Origin: Candidatus Parcubacteria bacterium
Lineage (GTDB): Bacteria; Patescibacteriota; Saccharimonadia; UBA4664; JBIOIQ01
Reading direction: 5' to 3'
Assembly: GCA_963718875.1 (NCBI GenBank)
Contig: OY970378.1
Location: forward strand, 132,396-196,395
Length of the DNA: 64,000 nucleotides
Made by a program: the position numbers and the translations under genes. The notes beneath the pieces were generated by a model. That model saw nothing but the letters and a program-made list of their open reading frames with translations. It searched no databases and was not told where the DNA came from. Positions 50,802-58,225 of this stretch are shown here, piece after piece (position 1 is the stretch's first letter; each line of letters starts with the position of its first letter).

Positions 50802-51473
50802 TCAGTCCGTGAAGCGGAATGACGCCAAGAAGGCGTCGGCGAAGTGGGGCGTTGTGGTGATCAGGCCGCCTGCCCAAATGCTGTAGACAGCTCCATTGTG
50901 CCAGACGTCGATGAAGGGCCCGGAGCCTCCCAGGGGCGTATGGAAGGTGGAGAAAATTGCAGGCTTCCCCATGAAGGTTCCCTGGCGAACGTCCCTATAG
51001 TTCGAATCGAGCATGTCCTTCCGCACCATTGCCAAGACATCGTCGAAAGCTCTATCCGGGTAACGGACGATGATGACCTCGTAGATCTCGTGAGCAAACC
51101 TATTGCAGAGGGAATTGTCGCTGAAAATGTCCGGGCAGATTTTCCCATTGGTTTGGTCTACACTGATTGCGCTGATATAGATTCCGTCTTTGTCGCCGTC
51201 TTGAAGGATAAGTTTCCTTTGAACAGGATCGCCGTCAGTGGGGAAGTCGGCGCAAAACCCTTTGTCGCAGATTGTCAGGATGATTGGTTGAGTGAGTAGA
51301 CCTCGCACGATGGTACTCGAGGCGGACAACTCAGCAATCGGGATTCGGCGTACAGTTGAGGATGGTGCTTCGATAGTTGTGTCGGGCGAAACGGCGGTTG
51401 TGCCGTCGTCGGATGAACATGCATTGACTATGAAGGCCAGTGCGAGGGATAGAATGACGGTGCGGCGGCGCAT
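50802..51473 (-). CDS. hypothetical lipoprotein (PsbP-like C-terminus possible)
   Basis: AAGGAGG SD, IVNAC lipobox, ends FLASFRF. Confidence 0.75.
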   Translation of the reverse strand: MRRRTVILSLALAFIVNACSSDDGTTAVSPDTTIEAPSSTVRRIPIAELSASSTIVRGLLTQPIILTICDKGFCADFPTDGDPVQRKLILQDGDKDGIYISAISVDQTNGKICPDIFSDNSLCNRFAHEIYEVIIVRYPDRAFDDVLAMVRKDMLDSNYRDVRQGTFMGKPAIFSTFHTPLGGSGPFIDVWHNGAVYSIWAGGLITTTPHFADAFLASFRFTD

Positions 51474-51694
51474 GGCCGGCCTCCTTAGGCTCGAGGATTG
51501 GAACTGATAATACTATACACTAATTCGAGCATTTTTCAATAATCATAAGTACAAAATTTTGTGCTTGCTCTGCTATAATGAAACAGGCTTTTGAGGATGA
51601 GCAAATAATAAATGAGGAAGTATGAATTTTATGAGAACGCTATGAGCCGATCCCATCATACTTTATTCTTAATTCCTGATTCGCGAGGCTTGAA

Positions 51695-52249
51695 ATGATT
51701 ATTGGCGTAGTGGGTACATTTGCATCCGGTAAGGACACGGTGGCGGAATATTTGGCTGATGCTAAGGGATTTTTCCATATATCTACAGCTGATGTTTTGC
51801 GGCAATACATTCGCGACAACGATTTAGGTGGTTTGGATCGTGATAACTTGCGCTTAGTTTCCAACAAAACCCGCAGTGAACGTGGCGGAGATTTTTTTGT
51901 TAAAGAAGCTTTAACCAGGCCAGAAAGGCCAATGGTATTGACGGCCATGAGAAGTCCGCGGGAAATTGAGGCGATTCAGGCGGCCCATGGGCATGTTGTA
52001 GCTGTGGACGCGCCGGTGCAGCAGCGTTACGACTGGGCTGTGGCGAGGGGCAGGATTGACGATGCGGTAACGGCGGAGCAGTTTAAGCACCAGGAGGAGG
52101 CGGAAACGATTAATACTGACCCCAACCACCAACAGCTTACAACTGTGATTAGTATGGCCGATTTTAACATTGCCAATGATGGTAGCCTCCAGGATTTGTA
52201 CGATAAGGTTGACGGTATTTTAGAACGGTTGGGGTTTACTGAATCATGA
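51695..52249 (+). CDS. P-loop nucleotide kinase (NMP/dephospho-CoA kinase-like)
   Basis: IIGVVGTFASGKDT, R...E, VDAP...RY, ADF.I.NDG. Confidence 0.8.
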   Translation: MIIGVVGTFASGKDTVAEYLADAKGFFHISTADVLRQYIRDNDLGGLDRDNLRLVSNKTRSERGGDFFVKEALTRPERPMVLTAMRSPREIEAIQAAHGHVVAVDAPVQQRYDWAVARGRIDDAVTAEQFKHQEEAETINTDPNHQQLTTVISMADFNIANDGSLQDLYDKVDGILERLGFTES

Positions 52250-52331
52250 ACTATGAATCAATAAACATGGAGAGGCGTTCGGTGGCTATACTTGATTCAT
52301 CATTCGTAATTCATAATTCGCGAGGCGCTGA

Positions 52332-53114
52332 ATGATAGTAGTTGGCCTCACCGGCGGAATGGGGCAGGGTAAAAGCACAGTTGGGCAGATGCTGCGCGAG
52401 CTTGCGAAAGTGGATTATAAGGCTGACCTAGAGTCATCGTATCCCATTACGACGGTGGCCAATCAGTGGCTATCGACGTGGCCGCAGTCGTTGGTGCTTG
52501 CTGCCAATGAGACGCAGATACAGCTGGCAAACCGGCTAATTGAAAGCCTACCACCCATTATCGAGGAAGTTACTGGTAAATCTACAACAGCCAAAGTTTT
52601 ACAAATTAATGAAGCTGATTCTGCGAATGTGACTTTGCATAAGCGTTTACTTGATTACATAGGTCAATGGCTAGAAGAATCCGAGGGTGAACGTCATGAC
52701 CGGCTACCGCTGCCGATTGTGCCACAAAATAAGGCTCTACATAGGGCGCTGTTTCAGTGGTTGGGTGGGATGGCGATTGAACTGATTTATCGCCCAATTT
52801 GGAGCGACTTGCTTGATAAACGGATAAAACAACTAGCTGAGAGGGATTATAAGTTGGTGACGGTTGGTGGAATCCGCTATGACCATGATGCGGACATGAT
52901 TCAGGCTAACAAGGGGGTTATTTTAAAAGTTATGCGGCCGCATTCTGCTCATAGTAGTGATGTGACGGAGACCTCCATGAGTGAAGTTGAGGCTGATATT
53001 GTGCTGCATAATGATGGGACGCTGGCGCAGTTAGAATGGGTTGTGCGGCAGCTATGGCAGGATTTGCAAGTGGGGAAACCACAGGCAGAGTATCGGGCTA
53101 GTCTTATTGCCTGA
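52332..53114 (+). CDS. P-loop kinase resembling deoxynucleoside monophosphate kinase
   Basis: GLTGGMGQGKST, R.LFQWLG, IRYDHD, AD..LHNDGTL. Confidence 0.7.
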   Translation: MIVVGLTGGMGQGKSTVGQMLRELAKVDYKADLESSYPITTVANQWLSTWPQSLVLAANETQIQLANRLIESLPPIIEEVTGKSTTAKVLQINEADSANVTLHKRLLDYIGQWLEESEGERHDRLPLPIVPQNKALHRALFQWLGGMAIELIYRPIWSDLLDKRIKQLAERDYKLVTVGGIRYDHDADMIQANKGVILKVMRPHSAHSSDVTETSMSEVEADIVLHNDGTLAQLEWVVRQLWQDLQVGKPQAEYRASLIA

Positions 53115-53267
53115 GCGGAGTCGAAGGCTCCTTTTATTAACATCTGGATAGATCTCTCCACAGGGTCGAGATGACAGAGGGGAATAACTTCATTCAAAAA
53201 GAAAGCGGGCCAGCTCTGGGGAGGGGATTCCCAAGAGCTGGCCCGTGGGGGCCGGATATGTGGGGGG

Positions 53268-53453
53268 CTAGCCAGTGACGGTGGTGATGACACTGATGCC
53301 GAGCGTGAACCCTGCGCCGAGCGCACCATCCTCGATGAGGTCACGACGAGTCAGCGGCTTGGGTTCCCTCGTGGGGAAGATGACGTCGAAGATGACGACA
53401 ATCAGGGTGCAGAGCGTCCAGCGGAAGCCATGACGACGAAGAAACTGGGACAT
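53268..53453 (-). CDS. 61-aa two-TM membrane protein
   Basis: GC3-rich, own TTGACA-N17-TAAAAT promoter (53637-53665) and downstream hairpin. Confidence 0.55.
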   Translation of the reverse strand: MSQFLRRHGFRWTLCTLIVVIFDVIFPTREPKPLTRRDLIEDGALGAGFTLGISVITTVTG

Positions 53454-53754
53454 TGGAACTCACTTTCCCGACCGGTTGGTCGTGGATAGAGGCCATGTGA
53501 AGGCCGATTTGGGTGGGCTTGAGATGGCTGAGGCCGAAACCCGCCGTTGTGATGCTTTTGACCCCAGGAGGGAGTCTACTTGTGTCGAGGGTGCTTGCGT
53601 CTTTGAGACGTGGCACGTTCTCGAAACATGAATCGGATTTTAACATAGATTAATATAAATGTCAACTTTTTGTACGCATGATAGCCAGGGTGGTGAATCG
53701 TGTCATAAGACGAATTCTGTTGAAAAAAACTGACAACAATGCTATGTTGAAATT

Positions 53755-54513
53755 ATGCAAATAACAGAGTTGGCCGCTAAGTTACAATCGTTGGGACTAT
53801 CTGACAAAGAAGCCAAGGTATATGTGGCGTCTTTATTTTTGGGGCCTGCAGCTGTACAGAAGATTGCCGAACAGGCTGGGGTTAATCGCGCGACGGCCTA
53901 TGTGATTCTTGATCAATTAGGTGAGATTGGGCTGGTGAGCCAGAGTACGGAAGATAAAAAAACCGTGTTCGTACCGGAAGGGCCTGAGGCGCTGGATCGG
54001 TGGATTGATAGTCAAGAAGAGCTAGTTAAGGGTCGCCGGAACGAGCTTAAGTCGTTGTTACCTGAGCTCAAACAATCTGCCAGAGCTGATACCGAAGACG
54101 CTCCAGTGGTACGATTTTATAAAGGCGCCGAGGGGAGTAGAGCGGTTACCGATTATGCCCGAAAAAAGGCTAAGCCCGGGACAGAAATATACAGCTTGAC
54201 GAATGTAGATGAGATTGAAAGGAAGTTACCTGGGCATCTGGGATCAAACCCCTCTCACAGAGTTAAAAAGAAAATATCTAGCAAAGTTATTTACTCATAC
54301 GTGGGCGATGTGCCAAGTGACCCAAAGTTATTACGCCAGACCTATAAAATAGGTCAACCAGTTATTGCTGACATTGATCTTTATGACGATCGGGCTTCTT
54401 TGGAGACATATGGTGAAAAAAATTCTGTAAGTATTTTGATTGAAAGTAAGGAGATTGTAGGTGCACTTCGACAGCTTTTTGAACTTGCCTGGAAGAACCA
54501 ACTCAAAAAATAA
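53755..54513 (+). CDS. TrmB-family transcriptional regulator
   Basis: LGLSDKEAKVY.A.L.LG, GVNRATAY, PVVRFYKG.EG. Confidence 0.9.
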   Translation: MQITELAAKLQSLGLSDKEAKVYVASLFLGPAAVQKIAEQAGVNRATAYVILDQLGEIGLVSQSTEDKKTVFVPEGPEALDRWIDSQEELVKGRRNELKSLLPELKQSARADTEDAPVVRFYKGAEGSRAVTDYARKKAKPGTEIYSLTNVDEIERKLPGHLGSNPSHRVKKKISSKVIYSYVGDVPSDPKLLRQTYKIGQPVIADIDLYDDRASLETYGEKNSVSILIESKEIVGALRQLFELAWKNQLKK

Positions 54514-54525
54514 CGTCAGCTTTGG

Positions 54526-54554
54526 TTGACAATAATTTATAAACGTGCTATACT
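54526..54554 (+). promoter_or_regulatory. sigma70 promoter
   Basis: TTGACA-N17-TATACT with TG extension. Confidence 0.8.
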
Positions 54555-54560
54555 GCTTAA

Positions 54561-55055
54561 GCTACGTTTGAAGGGTTAAGCCTGTGTTTTACCCTGATTA
54601 CTCCTTCGGACCCTCCAAGGGAGTGCGCAAGCTCGTAGTAGTTTTCCCGAGAAAGGGGAAATCGATGAACCTCCTCATGGGAGGCGGCGGCCTCTAGCCG
54701 TCGTCCAATGCGAGACACCTCCGGCCATCCAGGCTGAGAACCTCGCATCGCAACACCTGGATCTGCCGGTCGGGCATTGGCCCGGTATCGACACGATCGA
54801 GCGATGACCGCGAGTATGGCGGTCAAAAAAAGCCAGATCTGGCGGTGGGCATCAACCCCCACATACCGTCGAGATCGAACAGCACCCGCGTTCAACGCGG
54901 TCGCAGTTGCAAAAGTAATACTTCCAAACATCGGCTCCTTTGGGGCCACACCGTTTGCTGGAGGGCATGGAACCGGGAATCGCCTGGTAACCACCCTCCA
55001 GCAAACGGAACACATTTTATGAAGCTGTATTTGCACGGCAATGGCCGTGTTTTTT
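54561..55055 (+). ncRNA. candidate ~500-nt structured RNA
   Basis: Between strong promoter and GCACGGC/GCCGTGT-T terminator; dense hairpins; no credible long ORF. Confidence 0.4.
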
Positions 55056-55228
55056 ATGCATTATTCCCTGAGCCTGAATGACGGCAGTCAGGCTTGTCGA
55101 AAAAAAAGGGGGGGTTAATGGCCTTCGACTAGGCTCAGGCAGTAGCTAAGTTTACTTTTGCCGACATTAATTTTAGTTACTTTAACAGATACGAAACAAA
55201 GAATTTTAATAAAAACTGTAAAAAAGTA

Positions 55229-55258
55229 TTGACATAAATATATTATGTATGCTAGGCT
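55229..55258 (+). promoter_or_regulatory. sigma70 promoter of ribozyme locus
   Basis: TTGACA-N18-TAGGCT with TG extension and AT-rich UP region. Confidence 0.6.
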
Positions 55259-55401
55259 TGTGAAGTTGTGAAAATAACGTCAAATGTTATGGACACAATA
55301 GTACATTTACTTTTTGTTCTTGCTTACTATTGCATTAACTTTCCGTCAATTGAGCTAAACATTTAACTTAGTTGTCGGAAAGCTATGGGAGGGGGTGAGC
55401 A

Positions 55402-55560
55402 ATGGACGAGTTCGAATACATTCTCTTGCTTGCGCTGTTGATGGGCTATTCGCCCTTCGACATCTGCATGTTCTTCTTTGGGCTGGGCTGCGAGAGCGGC
55501 CACGCCTGTGCGAGGGAGCAGCAGGAGCGCGAGTGGGAGCAGGCCCGGATCGGCTACTAG
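55402..55560 (+). CDS. 52-aa peptide MDEFEYILLLALLMG...EQARIGY
   Basis: GGGAGG SD, hydrophobic N-half, charged C-half; not in the ORF track. Confidence 0.55.
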   Translation: MDEFEYILLLALLMGYSPFDICMFFFGLGCESGHACAREQQEREWEQARIGY

Positions 55561-55590
55561 TCGGTGGAGTGGTCGCCCTAAGCGACTAAG

Positions 55591-55665
55591 AGGGCTGATT
55601 GGTTTCGCTTGGAATGGTCGCATTTGCGAACTGACCAAGCCCGGGTTCGATTCCCGGCAGCTCTA
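55591..55665 (+). ncRNA. tmRNA-like tRNA domain without mRNA domain
   Basis: AGGGCTG/CAGCTCT-A acceptor with G3.U70, stemless D-region ATTGGTTTC, GCTTGG/CCAAGC stem, CCGGG-TTCGATT-CCCGG T-arm. Confidence 0.7.
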
Positions 55666-55668
55666 CTT

Positions 55669-55872
55669 ATGGCGAAAAACAGCAGGAAAACGTTACGAGT
55701 TGGCCGAGCCAGCTCATCCTCCCAGAGGTTCGTCTGGGGCGTAATCTTCGGCCCAGACGCCGAACGATACGTCGAGATCACGTCTGATCTGCTTTTTCCT
55801 CCTACGGAGGCAGAAGCACGATGGAGGCTTGGCCTCCCTGACGGCACTCCGGTGTTGGTCGGCTGCCCCTAA
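55669..55872 (+). CDS. possible 67-aa protein MAKNSRK...
   Basis: ATG 3 nt after the tRNA-like domain; no SD; region also forms hairpins. Confidence 0.35.
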   Translation: MAKNSRKTLRVGRASSSSQRFVWGVIFGPDAERYVEITSDLLFPPTEAEARWRLGLPDGTPVLVGCP

Positions 55873-56040
55873 GGCAGATCTGCGGCGTTCGGCTACGCCA
55901 AGAACCTTGAAGGAGCATAGCTCCAAGTTGCGCTCTGGGCTAGAGCGAAAACAAAAGCTGGCCAATAGGTGTGGCCATCAAGCTCGGTTCAGAGCAACCT
56001 GTAACCCATTCAAGCGTTAATTTTTTCGCGCTTGAATGGG

Positions 56041-56122
56041 AGCTGTCATCCACTAAGTAGTGGATCTGATGAGTCCTTCGATTCGTCCTGCGGGTGCGGG
56101 ACTCGCTCAGGACGAAACGGCT
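56041..56122 (+). ncRNA. type III hammerhead ribozyme 1 (cleavage after GUC, 56047)
   Basis: AGCTGT-C, stem I ATCCACT/AGTGGAT, CTGATGA, stem II GTCCT/AGGAC, GAA, ACGGCT. Confidence 0.92.
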
Positions 56123-56907
56123 GCATATTTAACATTTGGGAGTCGACTTTCGAAACTGGCGCAGATAGTCTGCTTCGGTTTCGGAAGTCGCAAACTTCCA
56201 GCCAAGTCCCATACCAGAAAAACTCAAAAGGTTCCCGGGCCAATCGGGCGCGCTCCTGAGCGTGGTACCCAAAATGGGTGAGAGTAAGAGATAAAAGTCC
56301 GCGCCATCCTTAATAGGGCTGGTTAAGAAAGTCGGACTGGGGTAACTCTACTGGTTTAAAGTGCGTCTCTCTTCCCCAGGAGGTGTTGGGTGGAACCAGC
56401 AACTTCTTTTATAAGAGAACGCAATGTCTAAAAAGGATGATGCCTCTTTGGCAGTACGCCAAAGCAAGGCTCTCCCAAGTTCGCCACCAGAAACCAGTCG
56501 GTATCGCGTACGTCCGCGACTCGCGAGTGCGGCCCGCACTGTCATCCCCAGTAGGGAAGACAATATCCTCTCCCATCGTGGGAAAGGAAGGGTACTGGCA
56601 GTAATGTGAAAAGACCAAACCCGGACGATAACCCGTCCACGCTAGTCCAGGGGAAAAGCTCCTGGGATGCGGTCGCGAGAGTGGCGGGGGATGAACAAAT
56701 TGGTCTGGGGGAATCACTGGTGAAATTGCGGGTTCGGTCCCCAGAGTTGTTGGCCTGAAAAACCAATAATCTTCACATCCGAACTCGTAGGCTCGACGGC
56801 ACAGGAGTAAGCCATGGCGCAGGTTAAACCGCGACAAAAACTCCTTCTCGAAGAGAGAGCTCCTTGATCGCTTTAAGTGACCGAGTGAGACCTCTTCGAG
56901 GCAGTTC
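56048..56907 (+). ncRNA. 860-nt structured RNA bounded by the two hammerhead cleavage sites
   Basis: Extensive local and long-range complementarity, no convincing CDS. Confidence 0.55.
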
Positions 56908-56981
56908 CTCCGATGTGTGTCGGAGCTGATGAGTCCTTCGATTCTTCCCATCTAAGTGGGATCGCTCAGGACGAAAACTGC
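56901..56981 (+). ncRNA. type III hammerhead ribozyme 2 (cleavage after UUC, 56907)
   Basis: GCAGTT-C, stem I CTCCGAT/GTCGGAG, CTGATGA, stem II GTCCT/AGGAC, GAA, AACTGC. Confidence 0.92.
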
Positions 56982-57034
56982 GGGTTGCAACGGTTGGTTT
57001 GCGCTCTTTGTCTTTGTGAGAAAGGAGGCAGGGA

Positions 57035-57403
57035 ATGCAAACCAAAAGCAATACCCACCGGAGCCGCACGGTCATCGCGGCAGTCACATTTGCTCTGTTC
57101 GTCGCAGTCTCGACGTCGGCTTGTGCCAGCTCGCTGTGGAGCGTAACGCCTCTCCCCAGGATGTACGCCTGCAGCTACACGAGCCAGCCGACGCAGGGCC
57201 AGACACTGTCGGCCGTTGCCGTCGCGACCTACAACCGTCAAGGACAAGGGGTTGACGACTGGAAGGCACTGATTCGTGAGCGCAGCCACTACATTGGGGC
57301 TGACACAGCTGTTCTGGATCCCAACCTGACTCTCGTCATCCCGCGCATCTGTGAGGAGGGGGAGCAGTCGGGTTCGGTCAGCAGCGACGTTCCGGCGTCT
57401 TAG
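57035..57403 (+). CDS. exported protein with LysM-like domain
   Basis: AGAAAGGAGG SD, signal/lipoprotein-like N-terminus, GQTLSAVA...Y...W..I...LDPNLTLVIP. Confidence 0.65.
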   Translation: MQTKSNTHRSRTVIAAVTFALFVAVSTSACASSLWSVTPLPRMYACSYTSQPTQGQTLSAVAVATYNRQGQGVDDWKALIRERSHYIGADTAVLDPNLTLVIPRICEEGEQSGSVSSDVPAS

Positions 57404-57608
57404 GCAGCCCAGTAGACGAGCAAAATGGTTAGCGCGACCAACCCGCATCAAGCGGACAACGCGTCACAATATCACTTCCCTTCGATCGACTTAATGGCTG
57501 ATCGAAGGCCAACCCAGCGCTTCAAAAGTTGAATTTGAAGTTTTAGGCTGGCTATTAAAGCCTATTCAGACATCCCAGAATCAAGACCTCGGTCAGCAGC
57601 GCCATTAT

Positions 57609-57995
57609 TTACATAAATGGGCGGGTTGCTTGGGCGAGGTTTTTGGTTTTATGACTGGATTTTAAGTGCAACCTATACTCGACCTGAGATACTAATTCTT
57701 TTAGACGCTTTAGTTCTTCTCCCAGGAACTCCTGCCCAAAGCCAGCAATAGAGTAGGTTCTAGAAGTGTGGCCGGGGTGATGACTCTCCGAGCTTTCAAC
57801 CATGTAAAATTTTTCAAGCCTGTTTAAGGTGCGGGATATTGATCCATAACTGAACTTCGGCTCGTCTACGGCATCTTTTTGGCACAGTTTGACTAGTTCG
57901 TAAGCGTTGGCTCTTCGCTTTAACAAGACGCTTAAGATTCTTATATCCAATAAGCTGAGTCTGATTTGATCGTCATGCTTCAGAGACTTTACCAT
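57609..57995 (-). CDS. PadR-family transcriptional regulator
   Basis: IL.VL.....AYEL, YGSI...L.RLE, R.YSI...G..FL. Confidence 0.8.
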   Translation of the reverse strand: MVKSLKHDDQIRLSLLDIRILSVLLKRRANAYELVKLCQKDAVDEPKFSYGSISRTLNRLEKFYMVESSESHHPGHTSRTYSIAGFGQEFLGEELKRLKELVSQVEYRLHLKSSHKTKNLAQATRPFM

Positions 57996-58225
57996 GGTTT
58001 TATTATATATCTTATTGAGATACATGGAAATATATTGTTTGAGCTCAACTACTTGATATACGATATATCTCAATGAGATATATGTGAAAAGAGGAAGGGG
58101 TTAGGTAGTACTACGAATGATGAATCGAGGATGCCAAAAAAAGTTATCAGTGTCGAGGGTTACAAAATGTAAGAGACAAGAGATCTATTAAAAGAGGTCG
58201 GCTGAGTTACGCTATACTATAGGGC

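Noticed and set aside
53454-53636. c-di-GMP riboswitch in the leader (GACGCAAG)
   Set aside because: Lacks the GGCAAAC/GAAA P2 elements
55591-55872. Permuted two-piece tmRNA with the downstream ORF as tag
   Set aside because: The 5' and 3' halves are in normal order, and the ORF has its own ATG and no ALAA-like end
56280-56900. RNase P RNA or group I/II intron (GATAAAAGTCC, GTGCG motifs)
   Set aside because: Only fragmentary resemblance; no P4 partner, P7 pair or domain V found by eye
56409-56951. 180-aa minus-strand ORF across the ribozyme cargo
   Set aside because: No SD or codon bias and it overlaps hammerhead 2 antisense; not strictly excluded without homologues
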